A stretch of 64,000 nucleotides of DNA. It comes from Chrysomallon squamiferum. Its lineage: Eukaryota; Animalia; Mollusca. Each line of letters opens with the position of its first letter. Position 1 is the stretch's first letter. The stretch covers positions 23,002,001-23,066,000 of the forward strand of contig CM022679.1 of assembly GCA_012295275.1 (NCBI GenBank). Direction: 5' to 3'. A program made the translations under genes and the position numbers. Under the pieces are notes generated by a model. The model saw only the letters and a program-made list of their open reading frames with translations. It was not told the origin of the DNA and made no database searches. Below, one piece after another: positions 1 through 15,297 of this stretch.

Positions 1-49
1 TCTAATTTTAAACGTATCTTAACGATATGTTTTTAAAAATATACAAACA

Positions 50-540
50 TAAACGAATTAATAACGTATTTGAACGATTCGGATTTATAACGTAATTTAA
101 AGATATGTTTTAAAAATATTCTTAGTAAACGAACTGATAACGTGTTTGAACGATTCGGATTTATAACGTAATTTAAAGATATGTTTTAAAAAATATTCTT
201 AGTAAACGAAATGATAACGTATTTGAACGATTCGGATTTATAACGTAATTTAAAGATATGTTTTAACGAAATGATACCATATTTGAACGATTCGGATTTA
301 TAACGTAATTTAAAGATATATTTTAAAAATATTCTTAGTAAACGAACTGATAACGTATTTGAACGATTCGGATTTATAACGTAATTTAAAGATATGTTTT
401 AAAAAATATTCTTAGTAAACAAAATGATAACGTATTTGAACGATTCGGATTTATAACGTAATTTAAAGATATGTTTTAACGAAATGATACCATATTTGAA
501 CGATTCGAATTTATAACGTATTATAAAATTGTATTTATAA
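50..540. repeat. Minisatellite of 76-78/59-bp units (intronic); homologous arrays at ~8690-9190 and ~17620-17960
   Basis: Motif ataacgtatttgaacgattcggatttataacgta recurs at about 61, 137, 214, 273, 349, 427 and 486. Confidence 0.9.
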
Positions 541-2224
541 CGATACGAATTTTAACGACATGGGTGTATAACATAATAGATTAATGATACAGGCTGATAA
601 AACCAGGCTTATGATTTTTCAGGTGATATGGATTTATGAAGTAATCTAACTGTATGGATTAAAGACGTATTTTAATGATATAGGTTTATAATTTGTTCCA
701 GTAATATGTATATATAAGGTATTATAACGATATAGCTGATTAATGCATTATAATGATATGGATGTGTAATGTATTCTAACGTTACGAATGTATAATGTAC
801 TCTAACGATATCGGCATATGACGTATTATAACGATTTGATTGTATAACGTATTTTAGCGATATGGGTCTATAATAGTGGGTGTTTTTTTTTTTAATGATA
901 TGCATATATAATATATTCCAACGATATGTGAATATAAGTTATTCTAACAATGTGGACTTGTAACATATTCTAACAATATGGTTGTATAACATATTCTAGC
1001 TATGTGAGTTAATATAACATTTAACGGTATGGGTGTACAACGTATTTTAACGATACGTGTGTATAATGTATTCTAACAATATAAGCGTTAACGTATTCTA
1101 ACGATATGAGCGTTAACGTATTCTAACGACCTAGGTGTATAATGTATTTTATCGATATGAGTGTATAACATATTTTAGCGATATATATGTATAACATATT
1201 CTAATCATATGGATAGGGCCTACAACAGAAATTTTGCAAGACGGTACAAGACCTTTTTGGGCCCCAATCTTAAGGATATGGGGTAAATATTTTACAATCA
1301 TAGTAACACAGTAATTGCGATTCTACTGAAACAACATACACTAGATTGAGAGCACCCAGTCTGAATTACTTTTGATGAAACCGTAACTTAATACAGTTTG
1401 TATCTTATTCCTTGCAAAATAAATAAATAAACAAATAAAGGTATTATGAAGAAGATGATGATGATAACAGTAATAAAACAGTAAAATATAGCAGTGTTAA
1501 TGTCTTACAGTTATACGAAATAATAATAATAATAAAAAAAAAAAAAAAATAAAGAAACGAAATTGTTACGTTCTGATAACAGTAGAAAAATAAAACCATA
1601 TTCACAAATATCATTAGTTTCATTATTATTCAGTACTTATCAGATAAATATATTACCATTACAGATATAACAAAGTACTTGAACAGTAAGTATAGTTTTC
1701 TTTTGGTGTCATGAATAAATTAACAGTTGTTTTAATACAACTCGACGAGATTTTAAATGATCCCTGCCACTAGATGACATACATGTGATTTGTATAATGA
1801 AGATATACAAGGCTTACCCAGCCGTTGGCGTATTAGAGAAACGCTCACAGATTCGGACAGTATGGTTAGGAAAAACTTAAAACTGTTTATACTTTTTATG
1901 TGCAAATAGTCAACCAAATCAATCCGTATCCATCATATGAGCTCAAAACAAGTTCTCATCTATCCAGTCTAGTTTCTACTCACAGATCTGTCCGCTTGTT
2001 TGTCTGCCTGTCTGTCTATCTATCTGTCTGTCTGTCTATCTATGTGTCTATGTATCTCTCTGTATATCTGCATATCTAGTTACCTCTCGCTGCCTGTTTA
2101 TTTTTTCTCTCTGCTTTATAGCAATTCACTGAATAAGGTGAAATAGGATATCCTATAATGAACTCATTACTTTTTATTATACTATATTATTATCATAATA
2201 ATCGCATTTTCTTCTTTGACGCAG

Positions 2225-2341
2225 ACGGGTTGGTATGAAATTCGATCTAAATGAGTAAAAATTTCCATTACTGTCATTTGTTTATTAAATACACTTACAA
2301 ATATTATAAATCTTGGTTTGGTTCTGTCCTTCAAATAGAGA

Positions 2342-2380
<39 letters not shown>

Positions 2381-2587
2381 TTTTCAATAATTTCTCCTTA
2401 TTCCTTATGTTCCTCTGTTTATACTGCTTTCATGGTATGGTTTGTGGCTATTGTAATATTTCAAGGATTTTTTGTTTATACATTTATTTACTTATTTATT
2501 AATTATTTTTGTGGTTGTTGTTGTTAACATTAAAACTATTTTATTCTCTTTGAATCGATGTCATTATGATATGTGTCTGTCTGTATG

Positions 2588-2618
<31 letters not shown>

Positions 2619-2684
2619 GTGTGTATGTGTATGTATTCGTTTTATTTCCCTTTATTAGTGTTTTCAAAAAAGCGGGAGTTGACC

Positions 2685-2725
<41 letters not shown>

Positions 2726-3456
2726 GCATGCATCTGTTTGTGTGTGTTTGTTGCGTGTGTGCGTGTGTCTGAGTGTATTTTTAAACGAATAGTCTACTGC
2801 AGTGTCATTAATATCTGTAACATTGTTTTTCAAATATCCACAGGATTCGATATTTCTGCTATAGGCTCTGTGAGAGAACAGATTGGGTAAATAAAATATG
2901 TTTTGAAACTTTACATAGGGCATGGTTTTCAGATAACAATAAAAAGAAATAAATGGTTGCCGTCATAAGTTACCAGCTTTATGCAGCGAAGGAAAATGTT
3001 TGTTTTATTTCTTATCTCGTTGATCTCGAGAACAGTATCTTCACGCATATTTTCGCTATATTTCACAATAAATTAGTTCTTAAATAAAAATTTCTTTGTT
3101 TGTTTGTTTGTTTTCTAAATGAAAAATGCTTTCAAAGTGGTATTTTAAGAAGTAAATGAGAAACTGAACACAAATGAAGTAATTCTGAAATATATATATA
3201 TATATGTATATATTTTGTTGTGTGTGCGTGTGAGTGTGTGTGAATACGCATATTAAAGAAAAATACACATATATATATATTTATTTATTTATTTATTTAT
3301 CCGATGATTATAAATGTGTGCCCATGTGTATACATACACATGTAGATTGAAACATTTACTTATGGATAAATACAGATTACTTATTTTCTTTCTTTGGAAG
3401 CATGTGCACAAATTAAGATTTCTTTCTTTTTCGTTTTCCAGCTTAGTCGGGAATAA
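2225..3456 (+). CDS. Secreted Cys-hairpin peptide, copy 1 (partial; signal exon lies upstream of the window). Exons 2225-2254, 2844-2886, 3442-3456
   Basis: AG/GT-bounded exons identical to those of copy 2; encode ..RVGMKFDLNEIRYFCYRLCERTDWLSRE*; AATAAA at ~3488. Confidence 0.75.
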
Positions 3457-3789
3457 CGCTTTCAAAACCGACCAAGAGTTCGGGATTTAATAAAAGATCT
3501 CTAAGACACCAGTCTGGAATATTGACAATAAAGCACTGACTGAAAACAGAACCACCAGTGTTTTTGTTATTTTTGTTTTTTCTTATAAATGTTCCAGTTC
3601 TGTTTCTGAGAAATCTTGTAGGAAGGTGGTGTAATAATATTCGATTTCGAAACGGAAAAACAAAGTTAAGATAGTATAATACAGGATTAGGGGATCCTAA
3701 CGTTTTCTGTGGTGTGTATTTGGATACTGTAGGTATCGAGATGTCTTTGGATATCTTACTGTGGCTTGGTGAGTGTCACTGTGTGTGTG

Positions 3790-3823
<34 letters not shown>

Positions 3824-4499
3824 TGTTTGTGAATAGCCTGGTTAACACTATGTGCAGAGATATCACAGGCATCTTGATAAATCCGGTATCTTAATATCAC
3901 TTTGATGGTGATACGACTGTATCTTGAAATCTTGTGTATCACTGTGTGGGGTGGGTATCACTATGTGGGGTGGATATCACAGATTTCTCGATACCATGGG
4001 TATCCTGATATCTTGGTTATCAATTTGTCTGGGATATCACAGGTATCTTGATATTTTGGTATCACTGTGTATGTGTAGGCGCCGGATTTCATAAGAATAT
4101 TTATATACAGTGTATGACTGTGAGTGACGCACGTAAAATTCATATATCCACATTACCTATACCAATATAAAGGTAATGTAATAGTTTTAATGGTAATGAA
4201 CAAACAAACAAAAAAAAAACAACAACAAAAAAAAGAAAAAAAAAAAACAAAACAAAAAAACAACAATAACAACAACAACATTCAGATTTGTTGTTTGATT
4301 AAACACGAAACGAAACGTTAAAAAAACAACAACAAACAAACAAATAAATAAATCCAAAACCTCGGAATTATGAAAACACTATCATAACCACTGTGCAGCA
4401 CTGATTATATTGATACTCATACATAATTCATAAATAGCACCTTTTCACACTGATATCTCAGTTTTGTTGTCGTTTTATAGTACCTGCAGTGTGGTAAAC

Positions 4500-4568
4500 A
4501 TGAATTTCTATTTGCTCTTTGTCGCTAGTGTGATTGTGAAAATTGTTCTAAGGGAAGCAAACTCGCAA
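4500..4568 (+). pseudogene. Orphan duplicate of the signal-peptide exon of the Sushi/HYR gene
   Basis: MNFYLLFVASVIVKIVLREANSQ followed by donor GTACGT; nearly identical to 22088-22156, but the downstream exons are not part of the duplicated unit. Confidence 0.75.
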
Positions 4569-4851
4569 GTACGTTCAAAACTATTGCTACCACAACGTCA
4601 ACGACCACCACCACCATCAGCAGCACCATCCAGCCATAATTATGACTATGAATATTGCACTGTTTAGCTACTGCTGAATAGAACAGCAACGACTACTGCT
4701 ACTACTATTATAATTATTATTACTACTACTGAAATCAATACTACTCCACTATAACCAACACTATCACCACCATCACTACCACCACCACCACAACAACAAA
4801 AACAACTATTACTACTACTACTACTACTATTATTATGACTACTACTGAAAT

Positions 4852-4901
<50 letters not shown>

Positions 4902-5332
4902 GTACTACTACTACTACTACTACTACTAATAATAATAATAATAATAATTACAATAACAACATCTACGTCAATACCAATGTAGTAATTATACTGCCGGTGC
5001 CTCTATTTCTGCCATAAAAGCCAGTATTATTACTGTTAATACGTCTGTCTGTCTTTCTGTCTATCTATCTATCCATCTGTCTATCTATATGTGGGTATGT
5101 CTGTGCGTGTGTGGGTGTGTGTGTGTGAAGCAGTTTGTATGGGTGTACGTTAATATATTTATGTGGGTGTTTGTGTTATGTGATATATATATATATATAC
5201 ACACAAACACATGCATACGCACAGACCGATACGCATACACTGTAATGTGCTTAAGTCTGTGTATAGTGCAATCGATGTCGTAAAATATGCTAATCTCTAT
5301 ATTTCACTTGATGGTCATTTTTATACTAGCAT

Positions 5333-5430
<98 letters not shown>

Positions 5431-7344
5431 AGAATCCACATAAAGAATCCAAATAAAAATAAAATAGTTAGTTCATTTCAAACCTACTTACATACATTCG
5501 CTTCTGTTTATTCCTATAACTTCTCTGTGATTTTTATTTTTATTCAAACACTGCTATAGAGTAATATTATCGCTCTGTATATTAATTTTATGTAGCGAAT
5601 ACTTGTCAGACACTGTAACCTGACTTAATTTTCATAACAGTGTTCGTCCTGTATTGGAATTCATATCGTAAAGTAAGAGAAAAATCAATTTAAAAAAAAA
5701 AAAAAATCAATATAAAAGCTGTTATTAGTATCAGAAAAGAAAACAGTATTTTCTACACATGCAGTATGTTAAAAATTTGTATAAACTGATAACACGAATA
5801 AGTATGAATAAAAACATCAACAGTATAAGAGATAAAATATATATATTATTTTATTATTCCCTAAACAAACACATTGTATTAACTCAAGTTCCACTTCGTG
5901 AACTGTAATTTTTACCTATATGTAATTTATTTTGTTTTTGCAAATAAATAAAATATTGTTATTTCTGGCTCTGCATTATCTTTGATTGATCAGTAGAACA
6001 AAACACTAAATACACGAGTTTTAAATCTGATCCCTTTATTTCAGCGAACTTAGGTGAATTGTGCAAATACATGCTCTAATATGCGTTTATAGATTTAGCA
6101 AATAAACGTATTAAAGTGACACTATAAAAATTCTACGTAAGTCAAAAACGCAGATATTACAGTTGTATAAAGATATAACATGATTATTATTATTATTATT
6201 ATTTTAATTAATAAATAAGTTTAGCTATGTACATAAGTAAAAAATGGTGCATGTAACAGTAACTTAAACTGTTGTTAGTCAATACAAAAGATACATTGTA
6301 TTAAAAACGACGTTCACCTTGTTAGCCATAATTAGATACACAAACACGCACACACACACATGCACACATATATAATACACAACACACAAACACATATACA
6401 GACACGCACACAAAAACACACATACAGACACACACACATAAAACATACATACACAGAAACAAACGGGCACATAACAGACACAAACACAGTAATAATAATA
6501 ATAATAATAAATCATTATGAAAAGTATGCGATCTTACGTATATATGTGTAAATATGGATAGATAGATAGAAAGATAGATAGATAGATAGATATAACAATA
6601 TACAAAATGGATGTATGAGACAAATTTTGTTCACGAGTGAATTATTTTAAAAGTACGCCTTACTCAAAAAACAACAATATCAAAAGGCAGACAAAATTGT
6701 TTATTCTGCATGTGTTCCACGCTTCATCAAACGGAGCGTCAGTTAACGCATCTGTGTAATTATGAAATTAATACAAGTGCATTTAGGTAAAACCTTTTTG
6801 TCTAACTGTTACGCTGAAAACGATTTTCATTCAGTGCATCTAGTGCGGCTGAAAGTATTGGAAAACAGAAATCTGAATTACGTCTTGCTTTAAAAGAAAA
6901 AAAAAAAAGAAAACCCATGGCTAACACCCTCACATAAGATAACAACAAACATGCACGTACCTACATTCTTTTCTGAAATGTAGTTTCCAGTGGTGCGGTC
7001 ACTTCATCATTGTGGAATTCTAGTGTGCCACTGTTTGGCGAGATCCACAGCATGATAGATAAAACACATCCCTGTCGTGCCTGACTGTCACCACTCATCT
7101 GTTTCCACCTGTCCTCACTGTCTCTCCCTGACCTATTTTCCTCGTGTGATTTCCAAATGTTAATACGTAATGATCACCTTTAGTCAACCCAGGGACCATT
7201 TTAGGTTTGGTTTTATCTTCTAAACCTCATTTGTTTATTTATTTTTAATTTATTTTTAACTTTAAATATAAAAAAGAAGAAAAAAAAAACAAATGAAGGA
7301 AAAAGAAAAGAAACGCATAGATGAAATATTCTAGGAATTCATCT

Positions 7345-7703
7345 TTTCGATGCAGACGGATACACATGCGACCCTGTAGTCTCAGACGCCTTCCACAACT
7401 TTTGAATGCCTTGCAAGAAGAATGAGCCAGGATTCAACGTGCCCAGATTCAGTCTATGCTAAGCAGATGATGTCCTTATAGTGATTGCTGATGATGGCTA
7501 ACAAAAAAAATATGTTGATTTGAACGCCCTTCAGCAGCGCCGTTTGCGTGACGAAATCTCCATCAGTCCATAACAAGAACCCCTGTCACATATTCATGTG
7601 AAATTTTACTGTGAGACGATCATAAATAATGAAATTATGACACTTAGTATCAAAGAGATAATCCAGTGAATACATCATGACCTAACTTTTTTCACAGAGT
7701 ATA
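7345..7703 (+). mobile_element. Tc1/mariner transposase C-terminal relic with probable right end
   Basis: Translation RRIHMRPCSLRRLPQLLNALQEE*ARIQRAQIQSM resembles the Tc1 C-terminal 'L..ALQEEW..I....I..L..SM..RC' motif; the segment ends in AACTTTTTTCACAGAG-TATA, a Tc1-like terminus plus TA. Confidence 0.5.
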
Positions 7704-7751
7704 AGTCTTCCCATCTTTGAGCGGCGTCTGCTAGTTCATCTATCTTTGTTT

Positions 7752-7951
7752 NNNNNNNNNNNNNNNNNNNNNNNNNNNNNNNNNNNNNNNNNNNNNNNNN
7801 NNNNNNNNNNNNNNNNNNNNNNNNNNNNNNNNNNNNNNNNNNNNNNNNNNNNNNNNNNNNNNNNNNNNNNNNNNNNNNNNNNNNNNNNNNNNNNNNNNNN
7901 NNNNNNNNNNNNNNNNNNNNNNNNNNNNNNNNNNNNNNNNNNNNNNNNNNN
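7752..7951. other. Assembly gap (200 N)
   Basis: Run of N. Confidence 1.
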
Positions 7952-8307
7952 TTAAAAATGGCAGATTAATACCAAATTAGATGCGCAGATGCAGTAATCC
8001 ATTGTTGGAAGAAGCCTTCATCTAGACAACTGTATGGTTTCCAAGCAGTGTTTGAACGACTGCCAGTTAAATTCTTCGCCTGTTTGATTTCCGTCTTGTA
8101 TGTCGTTGCTGAAAAGACGCATGACTTGCAAATTTGTGTCTTCAAGCAGGTTTCAAGCTTTCCGTAGAAGATGTCACGATACGTTTTGCAAATGCAGTTC
8201 ACACAGTCATGATTCTTCTGTGAATCTCTTTTTCGTCGCCGTAAAATTCGTCTATCAATCATTCTTTTTGTACCTGCATATTATTTATTTATTTATTTCA
8301 GACAACA

Positions 8308-10988
8308 ATGAAAACTGCGGTATTTCTGACTATGCTGCTCTTTATGGCTAATTTTGTACTAACGTATGGAACATATAGAGGAGCAATTTGTTCTCGGTTG
8401 TGCTTGTAAGAATATTTTTAATGTTTTTAACCTCTTAATTATTAAGTGAAAAATTCTAAATATTTATCAGTTTGTAAATTACCCTCAAACAGTTTTCAAA
8501 TATAATCATACTTGCACACACCTACTTTGTTTAAATACATCAACATATCTTAATTATAATATGGAAGCGGTTTATAAAGAAACATAACCATAAATAATAA
8601 ATTGTATCTTTTATTTTAACGAAACTGAATTATAACTACGTTTACGATTCTAATTTTAAACGTATCTTAACGATATGTTTTTAAAATATACAAACATAAA
8701 CGAATTAATAACGTATTTGAACGATTCAGTTTATAACGTAATTTAAAGATATGTTTTAAAAATATTCTTAGTAAACGAACTGATAACGTGTTTGAACGAT
8801 TCGGATTTATAACGTAATTTAAAGATATGTTTTAAAAAATATTCTTAGTAAACGAAATGATAACGTATTTGAACGATTCGGATTTATAACGTAATTTAAA
8901 GATATGTTTTAACGAAATGATACCATATTTGAACGATTCAGTTTATAACGTAATTTAAAGATATATTTTAAAATATTCTTAGTAAACGAACTGATAACGT
9001 ATTTGAACGATTCGGATTTATAACGTAATTTAAAGATATGTTTTAAAAAATATTCTTAGTAAACAAAATGATAACGTATTTGAACGATTCATATTTATAA
9101 CGTAATTTAAAGATATGTTTTAACGAAATGATACCATATTTGAACGATTCGAATTTATAACGTATTATAAAATTGTATTTATAACGATACGAATTTTAAC
9201 GACATGGGTGTATAACATAATAGATTAATGATACAGGCTGATAAAACCAGGCTTATGATTTTTCAGGTGATATGGATTTATGAAGTAATCTAACTGTATG
9301 GATTAAAGACGTATTTTAATGATATAGGTTTATAATTTGTTCCAGTAATATGTATATATAAGGTATTATAACGATATAGCTGATTAATGCATTATAATGA
9401 TATGGATGTGTAATGTATTCTAACGTTACGAATGTATAATGTACTCTAACGATATCGGCATATGACGTATTATAACGATTTGATTGTATAACGTATTTTA
9501 GCGATATGGGTCTATAATAGTGGGGTTTTTTTTTTTAATGATATGCATATATAATATATTCCAACGATATGTGAATATAAGTTATTCTAACAATGTGGAC
9601 TTGTAACATATTCTAACAATATGGTTGTATAACATATTCTAGCTATGTGAGTTAATATATATAACATTTAACGGTATGGGTGTACAACGTATTTTAACGA
9701 TACGTGTGTATAATGTATTCTAACAATATAAGCGTTAACATATTCTAACGATATGAGCGTTAACGTATTCTAACGACCTAGGTGTATAATGTATTTTATC
9801 GATATGAGTGTATAACATATTTTAGCGATATATATGTATAACATATTCTAATCATATGGATAGGGCCTACAACAGAAATTTTGCAAGACGGTACAAGACC
9901 TATTTGGGCCCCTATTCTAAGGATATGGGGTAAATATTTTACAATCATAGTAACACAGTAATTGCGATTCTACTGAAACAACATACACTAGATTGAGAGC
10001 ACCCAGTCTGAATTACTTTTGATGAAACCGTAACTTAATACAGTTTGTATCTTATTCCTTGCAAAATAAATAAATAAACAAATAAAGGTATTATGAAGAA
10101 GATGATGATGATAACAGTAATAAAACAGTAAAATATAGCAGTGTTAATGTCTTACAGTTATACGAAATAATAATAATAATAAATAAAATAAAAAAAATAA
10201 AGAAACGAAATTGTTACGTTCTGATAACAGTAGAAAAATAAAACCATATTCACAAATATCATTAGTTTCATTATTATTCAGTACTTATCAGATAAATATA
10301 TTACCATTACAGATATAACAAAGTACTTGAACAGTAAGTATAGTTTTCTTTTGGTGTCATGAATAAATTAACAGTTGTTTTAATACAACTCGACGAGATT
10401 TTAAATGATCCCTGCCACTAGTTGACATACATGTGATTTGTCTAATGAAGATACAAGGCTTACCCAGCCGTTGGCGTATTAGAGAAACGCTCACAGATTC
10501 GGACAGTATGGTTAGGAAAAACTTAAAACTGTTTATACTTTTTATGTGCAAATAGTCAACCAAATCAATCCGTATCCATCATATGAGCTCAAAAACAAGT
10601 TCTCATCTATCCAGTCTAGTTTCTACTCACAGATCTGTCCGCTTGTTTGTCTGCCTGTCTGTCTATCTATCTGTCTGTCTGTCTATCTATGTGTCTATGT
10701 ATCTCTCTGTATATCTGTATATCTAGTTACCTCTCGCTGCCTGTTTATTTTTTTCTCTCTGCTTTATAGCAATTCACTGAATAAGGTGAAATAGGATATC
10801 CTATAATGAACTCATTACTTTTATTATACTATATTATTATCATAATAATCGCATTTTCTTCTTTGACGCAGACGGGTTGGTATGAAATTCGATCTAAATG
10901 AGTAAAAATTTCCATTACTGTCATTTGTTTATTAAATACACTTATAAATATTATAAATCTTGGTTTGGTTCTGTCCTTCAAATAGAGA

Positions 10989-11030
<42 letters not shown>

Positions 11031-11333
11031 TTTCAATAATTTCTCCTTATTCCTTATGTTCCTCTGTTTATACTGCTTTCATGGTATGGTTTGTGGCTAT
11101 TGTAATATTTCAAGGATTTTTTGTTTATACATTTATTTACTTATTTATTAATTATTTTTGTGGTTGTTGTTGTTAACATTAAAACTATTTTATTCTCTTT
11201 GAATCGATGTCATTATGATATGTGTCTGTCTGTATGATATATATGTATGTATGTATGTATGTATGTGTGTGTATGTGTATGTATTCGTTTTATTTCCCTT
11301 TATTAGTGTTTTCAAAAAAGCGGTGTTGATTGA

Positions 11334-11393
<60 letters not shown>

Positions 11394-12124
11394 GCATGCA
11401 TCTGTTTGTGTGTGTTTGTGCGTGTGTGCGTGTGTCTGAGTGTATTTTTAAACGAATAGTCTACTGCAGTGTCATTAATATCTGTAACATTGTTTTTCAA
11501 ATATCCACAGGATTCGATATTTCTGCTATAGGCTCTGTGAGAGAACAGATTGGGTAAATAAAATATGTTTTGAAACTTTACATAGGGCATGGTTTTCAGA
11601 TAACAATAAAAGAAATAAATGGTTGCCGTCATAAGTTACCAGCTTTATGCAGCGAAGGAAAATGTTTGTTTTATTTCTTATCTCGTTGATCTCGAGAACA
11701 GTATCTTCACGCATATTTTCGCTATATTTCACAATAAATTAGTTCTTAAATAAAAATTTCTTTGTTTGTTTGTTTGTTTTCTAAATGAAAAATGCTTTCA
11801 AAGTGGTATTTTAAGAAGTAAATGAGAAACTGAACACAAATGAAGTAATTCTGAAATATATATATATATATGTATATATTTTGTTGTGTGTGCGTGTGAG
11901 TGTGTGTGAATACGCATATTAAAGAAAAATACACATATATATATATTTATTTATTTATTTATTTATTTATCCGATGATTATAAATGTGTGCCCATGTGTA
12001 TACATACACGTAGATTGAAACATTTACTTATGGATAAATACAGATTATTTATTTTCTTTCTTTGGAAGCATGTGCACAAATTAAGATTTCTTTCTTTTTC
12101 GTTTTTCAGCTTAGTCGGGAATAA
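8308..12124 (+). CDS. Secreted CxxxC-x15-CxxxC hairpin peptide precursor, copy 2 (61 aa). Exons 8308-8405, 10872-10901, 11511-11553, 12110-12124
   Basis: Phases 2/2/0 join to MKTAVFLTMLLFMANFVLTYG-TYRGAICSRLCLRVGMKFDLNEIRYFCYRLCERTDWLSRE*. Hydrophobic signal peptide, all introns GT-AG with pyrimidine tracts, AATAAA at ~12157. Confidence 0.8.
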
Positions 12125-12459
12125 CGCTTTCAAAACCGACCAAGAGTTCGGGATTTAATAAAAGATCTCTCTAAGACACCAGTCTGGAATATTGACAATA
12201 AAGCACTGACTGAAAACAGAACCACCAGTGTTTTTGTTATTTTTGTTTTTTCTTATAAATGTTCCAGTTCTGTTTCTGAGAAATCTTGTAGGAAGGTGGT
12301 GTAATAATATGCGATTTCGAAACGGAAAAACAAAGTTAAGATAGTATAATACAGGATTAGGGGATCCTAACGTTTTCTGTGGTGTGTATTTGGATACTGT
12401 AGGTATCGAGATGTCTTTGGATATCTTACTGTGGCTTGGTGAGTGTCAGTGTGTGTGTG

Positions 12460-12490
<31 letters not shown>

Positions 12491-13170
12491 CTGTTTGTGA
12501 ATAGCTTGGTTATCACTATGTGCAGAGATATCACAGGCATCTTGATAAATCCTGTATCTTAATATCACTTTGATGGTGATACGACTGTATCTTGAAATCT
12601 TGCGTATCACTGTGTGGGGTGGGTATCACTATGTGGGGTGGATATCACAGATTTCTCGATACCATGGGTATCCTGATATCTTGGTTATCAATTTGTCTGG
12701 GATATCACAGGTATCTTGATATTTTTGGTATCACTGTGTATGTGTAGGCGCCGGATTTCATAAGAATATTTATATACAGTGTATGACTGTGAGTGACGCA
12801 CGTAAAATTCATATATCCACATTACCTATACCAATATAAAGGTAATGTAATAGTTTTAATGGTAATGAACAAACAAACAAACAAAAACAACAACAACAAA
12901 AAAGAAAGAAAAAAAAAACAAAACAAAAAAACAACAATAACAACAACAACATTCAGATTTGTTGTTTGATTAAACACGAAACGAAACGTTAAAAAAACAA
13001 CAACAATAACACAAATAAATAAATCCAAAACCTCGGAATTATGAAAACACTATCATAACCACTGTGCAGCACTGATTATATTGATACTCATACATAATTC
13101 ATAAATAGCACCTTTTCACACTGATATCTCAGTTTTGTTGTCGTTTTATAGTACCTGCAGTGTGGTAAAC

Positions 13171-13239
13171 ATGAATTTCTATTTGCTCTTTGTCGCTAGT
13201 GTGATTGTGAAAATTGTTCTAAGGGAAGCAAACTCGCAA
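13171..13239 (+). pseudogene. Second orphan duplicate of the Sushi/HYR gene signal-peptide exon
   Basis: Same sequence as 4500-4568 with intact ATG and donor. Confidence 0.75.
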
Positions 13240-14001
13240 GTACGTTCAAAACTATTGCTACCACAACGTCAACGACCACCACCACCATCAGCAGCACCAT
13301 CCAGCCATAATTATGACTATGAATATTGCACTGTTTAGCTACTGCTGAATAGAACAGCAACGACTACTGCTACTACTATTATAATTATTATTACTACTAC
13401 TGAAATCAATACTACTCCACTATAACCAACACTATCACCACCATCACTACCACCACCACCACAACAACAAAAACAACTATTACTACTACTACTACTACTA
13501 TTATTATGACTACTACTGAAATCACTACTACTACTACTACTACTGCTACTACTACTACTACTACTACTAATAATAATAATAATAATAATAATAATTACAA
13601 TAACAACATCTACGTCAATACCAATGTAGTAATTATACTGCCGGTGCCTCTATTTCTGCCATAAAAGCCAGTATTATTACTGTTAATACGTCTGTCTGTC
13701 TTTCTGTTTACCTATCTTTGTATCTGTCTATCTATCTATCCATCTGTCTATCTATATGTGTGGGTATGTCTGTGCGTGTGTGTGTGTGTGTGTGTGTGAA
13801 GCAGTTTGTATGGGTGTACGTTAATATATTTATGTGGGTGTTTGTGTTATGTGATATATATATATATACACACAAACACATGCATACGCACAGACCGATA
13901 CGCATACACTGTAATGTGCTTAAGTCTGTGTATAGTGCAATCGATGTCGTAAAATATGCTAATCTCTATATTTCACTTGATGGTCATTTTTATACTAGCA
14001 T

Positions 14002-14107
<106 letters not shown>

Positions 14108-15250
14108 AGAATCCACATAATAAATAAAATAGTTTGTTGATTTCAAACCTACTTACATACATTCGCTTCTGTTTATTCCTATAACTTCTCTGTGATTTGT
14201 ATTTTTATTCAAACACTGCTATAGAGTATATTAATTTTATGTAGCGAATACTTCTCAGACACTGTAATCTCACTTAATTTTCATAACAGTGTTCATCCTG
14301 CATTGGAATTCATATCGTAAAGTCAGAGAAAAATCAAGTTAAAAAAAAAAAAAAAAAAAAAATAAATAAATAAAAAAGCTGTTATTAGGTATCAGAAAAG
14401 AAAACAGTATTTTCTAGACACGCAGTTTGTTTTGACTCGTCCATTTTCTAAGTATGTTAATAATTTGTATAAACTGATAACACGAATGAGTATGAATAAA
14501 AACAGCAACAGTATAAGAGATAAAAAAAATATCAAAAAAAAATATTATTTTATTATTCCCTAAACAAACACATTGTATTAACTCAAGTTCCACTTCGTGA
14601 ACTGTAATTTTTACCTATATGTAATTTATTTTGTTTTGCAAATAAATAAAATATTGTCATTTCTGGCTCTGCATGGTCTTTGATTGATCAGTAGAACAAA
14701 ATACTAAATACACGAGTTTTAAATCTGATCCCTTTATTTCAGCGAACTTAGGTGAATTGTGCAAATACATGCTCTAATATACGTTATAGATTTAGCAAAT
14801 AAACGTATTAAAGTGACACCTACAAAATTTCACTGCGAAATTCTACGTAAGTCAAAACACAGATATTACAGTTGTATAAAGACGTAACATGATTATTATA
14901 ATTATTATTTTAATTAATAAATAAGTTAAGCTATGTACGTAAGTAAAAATGCCGTGGCATGTCACAGTAACTTAAACAGCTGTTAGTCAATACAAAAGAT
15001 GCATTGCATTAAACGAAGTTCACCTTTGTTAGCCGTAATTAGATATACAAACATGCATTGTATTAAACGATGTTCACCTTTGTTAGCCGTTATTAGATAC
15101 ACAAACACGCACACACACACATGCACACATATATAAAACATATACAAACATAAACATATATACAGACATATACACAAACACGCATACAGACACACAAACA
15201 TAAAACAAACAAACACAGAAACAAGTGGGCACATAACAGACACAAACACA

Positions 15251-15297
<47 letters not shown>

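Noticed and set aside
50-540. CRISPR-like regularly spaced repeats
   Set aside because: Inter-repeat segments are themselves repeated, the context is a eukaryotic intron, and no cas genes are present.
7746-7955. Poly-X ORF
   Set aside because: Assembly gap.
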